Assembly: GCA_964411565.1 (NCBI GenBank)
Contig: CAYPLB010000004.1
Coordinates: 32,500-96,499 of the forward strand
From: Candidatus Woesearchaeota archaeon
GTDB lineage: Archaea > Nanobdellota > Nanobdellia > SCGC-AAA011-G17 > GW2011-AR17
Reading direction: 5' to 3'
DNA: 64,000 nt
The position numbers and the translations under genes are program-made. Positions 46,830 through 55,802 of the stretch are shown here, piece after piece (position 1 is the stretch's first letter; each line of letters begins with the position of its first letter). Under the pieces are notes generated by a model that saw only the letters and a list, made by a program, of their open reading frames with translations, searched no databases and was not told the origin of the DNA.

Positions 46830-47891
46830 ATGTTTTACCATTTGATTATGCACACAGGATGTAATTTGAAATGTAAGTATTGTGATAAAGATGAGTTTAT
46901 TCCTTTTGATGATGAGACTTATGAATTGTGTATGCCAGAGAAACCAGAATATTCTATTGAAGATTTAAAAAAAATGGTTACAGATGAAGATTATCTAACT
47001 TTTTATGGAGGAGGAGAACCCTTACTGAATATTCCTAAGATAAAAGAAATAATAGATAATGTGAAATGTAAAGGTTTTATGATACAAACAAATGGAATGT
47101 TAATAGAGAAGTTAGGAGATTATGTGAAAAAGTTTCATACTATTTTAATTTCTATTGATGGAGATGAAGAAATAACAGATAAGAATAGAGGTCAAGGTGT
47201 TCATAAGAAAGTTATGGAGAATGTTGCTTGGGTGAAAGAAAAATTTGATAAGGAACTAATTGCAAGGATGTGTATTAGCGAAGGATCTAATGTTTATGAA
47301 CAAGTAAAGTGGTTGATGGATAATGGTTTTGAAAGTGTACATTGGCAGTTAGATGTTATGTTCTATGAAGAAGAAAAAACTGAATGGTTGGAAAATTATA
47401 ATCTAGAAATTACAAAGTTAATGGATTATTGGATGTCGAAATTGAAGGAAGGGAAAGTTTTGAGATTGTATCCTTTCTTAGTTATTATGGATTCTTTATT
47501 AAGAGAAGAAAAGTCTACATTAAGATGTGGATGTGGTATTGAAAATTTTACAATTACAACTCAAGGGAAAATTGCACCATGCCCAATTATGAGCGAAATG
47601 AAAAAGTATTATGTTGGAAATATTAAAGAAAAAGAAGTTAAGAAAATGTATGTAGGAGAACCATGTAACTCATGTGATGTTTTAGATTTATGTGGAGGTA
47701 GATGCTTGTATGCAAATCTTACTAAACTATGGGGAGAAAAAGGATGGGAAAAAGTTTGTGGAACTGTAAAACATTTGATTAAAAGTTTAGAAGAAAATAA
47801 AAAAGAAGTTCAAGAGTTAATTGAAAATAAAGTGATTTCTTTAGAAGATTTTGAACATGTGAAGTATAATGGTGTAGAAGTTGTTCCTTAA
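46830..47891 (+). CDS. Radical SAM/SPASM-domain protein
   Basis: CNLKCKYC, YGGGEPLL, ISIDG, SPASM CGCG...CP...CNSC..LDLCGGRC. Confidence 0.88.
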   Translation: MFYHLIMHTGCNLKCKYCDKDEFIPFDDETYELCMPEKPEYSIEDLKKMVTDEDYLTFYGGGEPLLNIPKIKEIIDNVKCKGFMIQTNGMLIEKLGDYVKKFHTILISIDGDEEITDKNRGQGVHKKVMENVAWVKEKFDKELIARMCISEGSNVYEQVKWLMDNGFESVHWQLDVMFYEEEKTEWLENYNLEITKLMDYWMSKLKEGKVLRLYPFLVIMDSLLREEKSTLRCGCGIENFTITTQGKIAPCPIMSEMKKYYVGNIKEKEVKKMYVGEPCNSCDVLDLCGGRCLYANLTKLWGEKGWEKVCGTVKHLIKSLEENKKEVQELIENKVISLEDFEHVKYNGVEVVP

Positions 47892-47906
47892 AAAAAAATA
47901 AAAAAA

Positions 47907-50900
47907 TTAATTGAATTCTTTTTCGAATTCAAATTCTTCTTCTCTATTTCTATCATCTCTTTCTTCGTCTTCTCTACCTTCACCATCATCAAAAACAAGA
48001 CCCATTAATTCCATTGCTCTACCCATATCACCAAATGAACTAACTCTTATGTCTCCAGTAGCTATTGCTGCAGCAAACATTGCACCTTGTTTTCCTCTAT
48101 TAATTGTCTCTTGTATAACTTCACCAAAACCCCTTTCAATCCAATCAGGATGCTCTAACCTAAGTTCTTTCTCTGTAGTAGAAATCATATTGTAAATGAA
48201 ATCAAATTCTATTGTAACTGAAACATCTTCCTGACCAGCAAAGTCTTCTCCAGGTGTAATTTGTAATAAATCTGCTTCTGAAACACTTACACCTACAACA
48301 TAAATATCTTCTCCTTCATCAACAAATCTAACAACACCATCTGTTGGACCATAGTCTTCTAAATAAAATTGGATATCTTCTATTTTTATTGGATCATATT
48401 TATAATCCTCAGGATTTTTTCTCTCAGGACCAGGAATCTCACCAGCAGCCATTGCATCTGCAAATTCTTGTTTTAAGAATTCTTCAGGAGGGAAAATCCA
48501 AACTTCCATATAAGGAGTATATATATCTAAATCAAATCGGTCAACATAGCCCCACTCTTCATAGATTTTAATTTCACCTGTTGAAGATTCATCTTTATAA
48601 GAAAGAGAGATAGGATTTACTTCTGGGAATTCCTGTCCTAAACATTGTGAAGACATAGCTAATTGTCTAGTGTTGTCAACTAAAGCAACCCAATAAATTT
48701 CATAAACACCAGAAATATATTTTTCCCATTCCTCAGAATTTGGATTTACATAGTTTGTAAAATACCAAGCAAATAATTCTTCATTTAAGGAAGCTTCTAA
48801 TTCTTCTCTTTGAAGTAAAGCATTTTCTAATTCCCATTCACACCAAGAGTTATGCCCATGACCATCCCTATATTGATTAATTTCATCAAAAGGTTCTCCC
48901 CAAGAATCAAAGTTTAAGTAACTATCAACTTGGCCATCAGTATGTTTAACACATCCTCCTGAGAATGAAACTGAACCTTTATTTTCTGTCCAGGAACCAC
49001 CTTGGAAACAACCATAATTTAATACAACTGAAGGATTGTTTTGATCACAAATAGGTGCTGAACAATCATCATTGGAAGTACAAGCTTGACACTGTTCTGT
49101 TGATTCACAAGTCCACCAAACACCATCACAATTATAGTAACCTTCTTCACATTGACAACTTCCACCTATCTCATCACAGTATTGGTTTTCTCCACAACCT
49201 CCTCCACAAATTTCTCTTTCACCACCACAAGTAGGATCTGCAGATTCACAACCATCTTCATCATAACCTCTACCATTGTTACTGTTACAATCAGTATAAC
49301 CATAGTCACAATAACACTCACCTTCAAATTTGTCACATTTTTGGTTTGCGTTACAATCATTATCTGATTCACATAAATCTCCTTCTTGGTAAAAATTTCC
49401 AGTTATTTTGAAAAAGTAACCAGTAATTGCTGAGAACATTCCTGTAACTTCATTTTCTACTGGAGTTTCTTCCTCAACTACTTCTTCAACTTGTTCTTCA
49501 ACAATCTCTTCCTCAACTACTTCCTCAACTACTTCCTCAACTTCTTCTTCAACTACTTCTTCAACTTGTTCATCTTCAGTAGGTAAATGTTCGGGTTCAA
49601 CTTCAGGAGCTTTAGGTCCTTCACCACAATCTTCTATACAATAAGATTCTTCACCTGAATCACAAATACCATCACCACAAATTATATCATAAAAACAATC
49701 ATCAAGACAAACTCCAGGTTCACCTTCTTCACAAATATTGTTTCCACAAACAGAAGAAGGTTCGCAATCATCATAACAAGTATCTTCTTCACCAAAGTCA
49801 CAAATACCATCACCACAATAAGATTCAATTTCTAAATCAACACAAACCCCATTAACACAAACATCACTAGGATTTGTACAGTCAGATGCTAAAGTACATG
49901 TTTCTCCTGTTGAATCATCATCAATACAATAACTATCTACACATATTTTTCCATATTCACAATCATCATCTATTTCACATTCATTTTGTAAAGTACAAAG
50001 ACCATATTGGCAGAAAGAACCTTCAGAACAATCTTCATCAAATTCACAAATATCTACACATTCGCCTTCGATAAGTTTTTGATTTTCTTCACAAATATTT
50101 ACAATACCTTCATCTTGACATTCACCTTCATAACAAATTAATGAAACACCACAAGATTGTAATCTACAATCAACTAAATCACTACAATCAACTAAATAAT
50201 CTTCATCGTTATCAACCCCATCATCACAAATTTCATCTGCTCCTCCACAAGAATCTGTAGATTCACAAGTTGCATCACCATCACAGTCATAGTAACCAGC
50301 TTTACAGACACAAATATCATCCTGTAACATTTGGTTTTCTCCACAGATAGAAGATTCGTCACAAGGAACTGTTTGTTTTACTTCTTCACCATTGAATTGA
50401 CAAGTATATATTGTACAAGGATAAGGTTGGGATACTCCATCACAAAAATAAGTTGTGTCTTCACAAGGATAATCTTGTTTTCCACCACCACAATAAAAAT
50501 TTACATTTTGATCACATAAACTTTTACATACTTCTTGTTGAGACCCAGTTTCAGAAATTTGTTCACAAACAGAATAACATTGTGCATTGTAAGGAGTCAT
50601 ACAATCAGAACAAGTTTGACATTCATCAATACAAGCTTCGGGATCTTCTGTGTACATTAATGTACATTCTTCACAAGAAGAACATTCTTCAGAACAATCA
50701 TCTTTGGAATGTTGAGAATTTTCACATTCAACACAAGCAGAACAAAAGTCTTGAGATTTACAATTGTTTACACATTCATTACAACCTGAACTTTCACAAA
50801 TGGAATCACAATCTTGAGTATCCCAATCACAATCCCAACATTCATCACAAGTGGATTTACAATTATCACCATAACAAGACCAACAACTTTCCTCACACAC

Positions 50901-52259
50901 AGGTTCACAAACTCTTCCACAATCATTAGCACAATCAGGATCATCACAATCTGTTACAGTATCTCCATCATTGTCTACACCATCATCACAAATTTCATCA
51001 CCACCTAAAGCATTTGTACATGAACCTTCAATACAAGCATCTTGTGTTATGTCACATTTTTCATAAGAAATTTCTCTACACCAAGCATTTTGATTAGTAA
51101 TAGTATTTTCAACTAATCTATTTTCCCATCTCATTTCAGTAACAGTTTCTTTATCATAACCATATTCTGAAAGAACATTTAAAATTCTTGATAACACATC
51201 ATTATAATTATCAATATTTCCATCTTCATGCCAAACGTTTTTTTCTAACATATGTCCAATAACAAAATTTAACTCTTCTACAACAGCATAAACTGAAGAC
51301 ATAGAACCTCTATCTTCATCAACTTGATTAGCATTTTTATAAATATCTTGTAACAAGTGTCTAAGTCTAGTTTCTAGTTCGTCAAGAGTGTAATCTTTAA
51401 ATTCATATTCTTCATAATTTAATTCATAACCATAATAATCACCTTCTTCTGGAAACATTCCTCCGAAGTATTCGTCTCTTCCCCAAGCATTTATCCAAGG
51501 ATGTTCGCAACCATTGTCACAATTTGGAGTTTGTAGTTCAATTATAAAATTTAAATTATCTCCCTCATAGATGTAGGAATTATAACGATCTCTTTCTTCT
51601 TCATATACAGCTCCAGAAAATAAGTTTGAAATTGAATCTTCACAATTATCTCTATTTTCTTCCATGTAAGAATCTAAAACACTTTGGTACTCTTGCATTC
51701 TATTTGCAACTTCTTCAGCTGAGACTTGACCATTATAATAAGCTGTTGCAATACTTTTTACATCTGAAACCATTTCAGAAGGATCTAAATCAAAATTATT
51801 TTTGAAGATTACTCTAAAATCAGTCCAATAAAAAACAGTTTGAGTTTCTTCACCAGTTAATACATGGGGCCAAGCATTAAAGGTGATTTTTATTTTGTGT
51901 CCATCATAAAGGACTTTTTCAAAAGAAGGTAAGGCTTCATCAAGAAATACATCTCTTTCTTCGTTCATACTCCAAGCATGTTTAGTATAATGTTGAGGCC
52001 GACCAAAGAAAGATTCAGCAGCTTCGGCAGTTATTCCTCCAGGACCATGTTCTTCAAATTTAAACTCACCAAGGTTTTGATTAATGTCATTTTTTATTAT
52101 TGTTGACAACATCATAAGTTGTGCATAGTTTAAATTTCCTCTTTCATACTCTAATGCAGTATCAGTGAGAACTTCGATTTGTTCATTTACTGTTTCTTGT
52201 GAAGAAACAAATGGTACGACCAACAATATTAGTATAATAAATAATAGCCCCTTTTTCAT
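47907..52259 (-). CDS. Large secreted Cys-rich acidic surface protein
   Basis: Signal peptide; CDDGVDND repeats, EGF-like and CGDGICD repeats, Glu-rich linker. Confidence 0.85.
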   Translation of the reverse strand: MKKGLLFIILILLVVPFVSSQETVNEQIEVLTDTALEYERGNLNYAQLMMLSTIIKNDINQNLGEFKFEEHGPGGITAEAAESFFGRPQHYTKHAWSMNEERDVFLDEALPSFEKVLYDGHKIKITFNAWPHVLTGEETQTVFYWTDFRVIFKNNFDLDPSEMVSDVKSIATAYYNGQVSAEEVANRMQEYQSVLDSYMEENRDNCEDSISNLFSGAVYEEERDRYNSYIYEGDNLNFIIELQTPNCDNGCEHPWINAWGRDEYFGGMFPEEGDYYGYELNYEEYEFKDYTLDELETRLRHLLQDIYKNANQVDEDRGSMSSVYAVVEELNFVIGHMLEKNVWHEDGNIDNYNDVLSRILNVLSEYGYDKETVTEMRWENRLVENTITNQNAWCREISYEKCDITQDACIEGSCTNALGGDEICDDGVDNDGDTVTDCDDPDCANDCGRVCEPVCEESCWSCYGDNCKSTCDECWDCDWDTQDCDSICESSGCNECVNNCKSQDFCSACVECENSQHSKDDCSEECSSCEECTLMYTEDPEACIDECQTCSDCMTPYNAQCYSVCEQISETGSQQEVCKSLCDQNVNFYCGGGKQDYPCEDTTYFCDGVSQPYPCTIYTCQFNGEEVKQTVPCDESSICGENQMLQDDICVCKAGYYDCDGDATCESTDSCGGADEICDDGVDNDEDYLVDCSDLVDCRLQSCGVSLICYEGECQDEGIVNICEENQKLIEGECVDICEFDEDCSEGSFCQYGLCTLQNECEIDDDCEYGKICVDSYCIDDDSTGETCTLASDCTNPSDVCVNGVCVDLEIESYCGDGICDFGEEDTCYDDCEPSSVCGNNICEEGEPGVCLDDCFYDIICGDGICDSGEESYCIEDCGEGPKAPEVEPEHLPTEDEQVEEVVEEEVEEVVEEVVEEEIVEEQVEEVVEEETPVENEVTGMFSAITGYFFKITGNFYQEGDLCESDNDCNANQKCDKFEGECYCDYGYTDCNSNNGRGYDEDGCESADPTCGGEREICGGGCGENQYCDEIGGSCQCEEGYYNCDGVWWTCESTEQCQACTSNDDCSAPICDQNNPSVVLNYGCFQGGSWTENKGSVSFSGGCVKHTDGQVDSYLNFDSWGEPFDEINQYRDGHGHNSWCEWELENALLQREELEASLNEELFAWYFTNYVNPNSEEWEKYISGVYEIYWVALVDNTRQLAMSSQCLGQEFPEVNPISLSYKDESSTGEIKIYEEWGYVDRFDLDIYTPYMEVWIFPPEEFLKQEFADAMAAGEIPGPERKNPEDYKYDPIKIEDIQFYLEDYGPTDGVVRFVDEGEDIYVVGVSVSEADLLQITPGEDFAGQEDVSVTIEFDFIYNMISTTEKELRLEHPDWIERGFGEVIQETINRGKQGAMFAAAIATGDIRVSSFGDMGRAMELMGLVFDDGEGREDEERDDRNREEEFEFEKEFN

Positions 52260-52291
52260 GTTGCTTATAAGGGTATATAATATTTATAAGT

Positions 52292-53401
52292 TTATAGATT
52301 TTTTAAGAATTTTTGAACTTCTTTTTTTGCCTTGATTCTTTTCTTTTGATGTTCTTCTAAAAATTTAGAAATCTTTTTAGCAGTATACTTTTTTAGTTCA
52401 CCAGAAAGTAGTTTTCCAGATTTGTAATCATTAAAAATTTTATTTAATTTTTTATCATCTTCTTCTAAACCATAAAGTAACATTTGAAAAGCAACGTCAA
52501 CATCAGGATTACCACCTTTTTTTCTATGTTCTTCTAAAGTTGCTCTGCCACCTGAGAAAGCATACTTCATTATTTTTCTTGTTGCTTCTTTTGGAGAATC
52601 TGTTAATGCAATAAAACTTGTTGGATCTGAAGAAGACATTTTATCTCCTTTTAATCCAGGTAAAAACTTATGATAAGTTGAACTCAATTGCATGAACTTG
52701 AAGAGTTTTATTCTATGTGAAAGATCTCTTGCTAATCTTATGTGAGGATCCTGATCTGATCCAACAGGAATTACTACAGGAATTACACCTTCAAATTCTT
52801 TTAATTGAGGATGAAGCATATCAGCAGCTTGTAAAAGTGCAGAAGCCATTTTTCCAGGAGAAATGTCTCCATAAATTGCCTTGAATTCATTGTAAGTTGC
52901 ATGTCTTGATAACATATTAGCTAAACTGTAATAAGCATTTGATTTTTTTCCATCTTTAGATCTTGAGGATTGAAAATAAAAGTCACATTTTTTTAAATCT
53001 AAACCTAAAGCAACATAATTTGTTAAGTATTGTTCTATAGCAGTTTTTCTTAATTCATCAAAATTTGAGTTTCTAGAATTGTAAGCTTCAATATCAGCTA
53101 CAGTTAAATAAATTTTTGCTCCAAGCTTTTGATAAAAAATAATTTGATCTGCAACCATTTTATGACCAAAGTGGAATCTACCTGAAGGCATAAGACCAGT
53201 CATCATAACAAATGGTTTTTTTTCTTTAATTGATTTTAATATTCTATCAAAGTCTCTATGTGCAAAAATAAGTTTTCTTCTAAATAAAACATTGTCATCA
53301 AATTCTTTTGGAAGTTTTTTTAAATGTTTTAATCCAAACTTTTTTATCAATTTATCATAATCAATATTTCCCTTAACTTCCCATGGTGTTACTGTTGACA
53401 T
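52292..53401 (-). CDS. trpS: Tryptophanyl-tRNA synthetase (archaeal type)
   Basis: VTPWEV, GLMPSGRFHFGH, DQDPH, KMSSS, AFSGG. Confidence 0.96.
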   Translation of the reverse strand: MSTVTPWEVKGNIDYDKLIKKFGLKHLKKLPKEFDDNVLFRRKLIFAHRDFDRILKSIKEKKPFVMMTGLMPSGRFHFGHKMVADQIIFYQKLGAKIYLTVADIEAYNSRNSNFDELRKTAIEQYLTNYVALGLDLKKCDFYFQSSRSKDGKKSNAYYSLANMLSRHATYNEFKAIYGDISPGKMASALLQAADMLHPQLKEFEGVIPVVIPVGSDQDPHIRLARDLSHRIKLFKFMQLSSTYHKFLPGLKGDKMSSSDPTSFIALTDSPKEATRKIMKYAFSGGRATLEEHRKKGGNPDVDVAFQMLLYGLEEDDKKLNKIFNDYKSGKLLSGELKKYTAKKISKFLEEHQKKRIKAKKEVQKFLKNL

Positions 53402-53440
53402 GTAAAGTTAAGTAAAGAAAGAAGTTATTAAAGATTTTGG

Positions 53441-54253
53441 TTAGTCATAAGAAAATTTACGATAAACAGTGTTTGTAGGTAATTTTTCATCTGTAGCAAT
53501 TAAAGCATTTCTTCCAGCATTCTTTGCAACATAAAGATTATTATCTGCTTTAGCTAATAAATTATCAATTTGCTCTTTAGATTTGTCAAGATTAAGATCT
53601 GATGGAATGAACCAATATAAACCAGCACTAAAACTAATATTCTTTACATCAGGAACAGAATATTTCCAAGATAAAGAATCTTCATTAATGTCTTGACCAA
53701 ATTGATGAATTCTTTCAATAGAACCAATGAAAGTTGGATCATATAAACCTAAAACAAATTCTTCACCACCAAATCTAGCTACCAAGTCTGAATCTCTAAG
53801 TCTTTTTCTAAAAAAATCTCCAAACTGAATTAAAGCTTCGTCACCAACTTTGTGACCATAAGTATCATTGAAAAATTTAAAATGATCAATATCAAGAAAA
53901 GTTAAAGCCATAGGAGATTTTTTTCTTAAAGCAATTGATAATAAAGATTCCATTTGTTGATAAAAACCTCTTCTGTTAGGAAGTCCAGTTAATTCATCAA
54001 TAGTTGAAGTTATTCTTAGTCTATCAATTTGTTCTTGCATCTTTTTATGTTCTAAATTTCTTTTTTCATTTAAAGCAAGTAATAAATCAAAATTTGAAGG
54101 ATCTCTTTGCTCTAGAATAGTAGAACAAGTTAAATCTAAAAATAGAGGTAAAGAATCAGGATCAATACCCTCTGAAATAGCATCAAAAGTTTCTATACTA
54201 GGGTCTTCTAAAAATACATTTAAATAAGCTCCTAGTTCAATTCTTGGTGTCAT
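53441..54253 (-). CDS. GGDEF-domain diguanylate cyclase
   Basis: DELTGLPNRR, DIDHFKFFNDTYGHKVGD, RDSD I-site, RFGGEEF, ADNNLYVAKNAGRN. Confidence 0.93.
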   Translation of the reverse strand: MTPRIELGAYLNVFLEDPSIETFDAISEGIDPDSLPLFLDLTCSTILEQRDPSNFDLLLALNEKRNLEHKKMQEQIDRLRITSTIDELTGLPNRRGFYQQMESLLSIALRKKSPMALTFLDIDHFKFFNDTYGHKVGDEALIQFGDFFRKRLRDSDLVARFGGEEFVLGLYDPTFIGSIERIHQFGQDINEDSLSWKYSVPDVKNISFSAGLYWFIPSDLNLDKSKEQIDNLLAKADNNLYVAKNAGRNALIATDEKLPTNTVYRKFSYD

Positions 54254-54387
54254 CTTAATCTTGGAAACTAAAGGATTTATTTATAAAAGTTTCTATTAGA
54301 AAATATATGAAATTTATCAGGAAATTCAGTGTGGACAGGACAAGGGTGCGCGTGAAGTTTAAATAGGTAAAAATTAATTTATAATTA

Positions 54388-55800
54388 ATGAGAAAAAAAT
54401 CAATAATATCAATAAAAGAAGAAGATTATATAATCAAAGTTAATCAAAATTTTCTCAATAATTTAATTGAATCTGCAATAGCAAAAACAGGTAAAGTTTC
54501 AAAATTAAGTGAAATATTGATAAAAATATATAAACTTAAGAGATATGATCAAAAAAGTTTGTCAGATAATTTAAGAAAATGGCAAAAAAATAGAGATATA
54601 GGCTTAAATTATTATTTGGTAATTGGAGATTTTCTTCAGGAAGAGAAAAATAAGTTATATTCAAAGATTAATTATGTTAAATTAAGACAAACTAGAAATG
54701 GCTTAAAATTAAAATTTCCTTTTGAAATTACTCCTGATTGGTGTTATTTATCTGAAGCTATAAAAGTTGAAGGCACATTAAATCGAAAAAGAGTAATATT
54801 TGAGAATACTGATACAGCATTAACTAAGAAAGTAAAAGAAAAATTGATTAATATAGGGATTGAAAAAGAAAAAATAAGAGAAAGTTTACATATCCGAATT
54901 CAAGTTCCAAAAAAATTTGAAGATAAAAATTTAAAAATTTTTAATGAGATTAATAAAAAAAAGGTAAATAATTTTTATTCTCGAATATTAAAGTTAAAAA
55001 GAGGAAATAAAAAATCAATTATTTTTTCTTTAAGTCATTTTGAGTATAATAAAAAATTAACTTTTAAGGTTTATCATAAAAATAAGTTTTTACTTCAAAA
55101 TGATATATTTATTCCAAAACAAGGGAAAATATTGTTTTTCAACTCTCTAAAAGATGAGAGATATAAGAAAGGATGTGTATCATTAAGGATAGAAGTTGGA
55201 AATAAAACATTATCTTATATTTTGAATGATTTTTTTAAAATTCCTTATGGAAAGAAAACGAGATCAATATATATTCCAACAAAAATTAAAGAACTTAACA
55301 AAGATTGTCTTAGAAATTTAATTTCAATAGTTATTGATTCAGAAGCAGGATTTTCAAATAATATGGCTATTTGTTCTCTTAGTAAAAAATATCTTTTAGA
55401 TTTTCAAGAAATATTATTGAGATTCAATATTACTTCTAAAATTTCTGGAAACTTATTAAAGATTTATGGAAAGAGAAATTTAATCAAAATAAAAGAGAAT
55501 TTTGAGATTTTTTCAAAAAATAAGGCTGATAAATTAGAACAATTAATAGTAAAAGGAGATAAATCTCCTAAAGGAATGTCTTTGTCTTTATATTTGCAGA
55601 GTTTGAATAAACTAAAAGTTGCAACTTGGATAGAAATTAGAAATAATGCTAATAGATCAGGTAATAGTTCAAGAAAATATAGAGATAAACTCCTAGAAAA
55701 AAAGCTAATAAGAGAGGTAAAATTAAAAAGACCTAGGACTTATGAGATAACTAAGCAAGGACAAAACTTTTTAAATGAGAACGAAATTTACTGGTTATAA
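54388..55800 (+). CDS. Free-standing LAGLIDADG endonuclease-like protein with C-terminal wHTH
   Basis: YLSEAIKVEG and LISIVIDSEAG LAGLIDADG-like helices, IPYGKK, C-terminal YEITKQG wing; very Lys/Asn-rich. Confidence 0.7.
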   Translation: MRKKSIISIKEEDYIIKVNQNFLNNLIESAIAKTGKVSKLSEILIKIYKLKRYDQKSLSDNLRKWQKNRDIGLNYYLVIGDFLQEEKNKLYSKINYVKLRQTRNGLKLKFPFEITPDWCYLSEAIKVEGTLNRKRVIFENTDTALTKKVKEKLINIGIEKEKIRESLHIRIQVPKKFEDKNLKIFNEINKKKVNNFYSRILKLKRGNKKSIIFSLSHFEYNKKLTFKVYHKNKFLLQNDIFIPKQGKILFFNSLKDERYKKGCVSLRIEVGNKTLSYILNDFFKIPYGKKTRSIYIPTKIKELNKDCLRNLISIVIDSEAGFSNNMAICSLSKKYLLDFQEILLRFNITSKISGNLLKIYGKRNLIKIKENFEIFSKNKADKLEQLIVKGDKSPKGMSLSLYLQSLNKLKVATWIEIRNNANRSGNSSRKYRDKLLEKKLIREVKLKRPRTYEITKQGQNFLNENEIYWL

Positions 55801-55802
55801 GA

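Noticed and set aside
2392-51008. Many short ORF-track entries antisense or out of frame within longer genes (e.g. 3046..3267, 7416..7703, 18949..19251, 25003..25317, 30558..30764, 47911..51008 set, 2392..2616)
   Set aside because: Shadow ORFs of well-supported genes; no motifs or translation signals
54388-55800. LAGLIDADG ORF as an intein or part of valS
   Set aside because: No N-terminal C/S block A or terminal HN; it has its own stop, and valS starts intact at 55803
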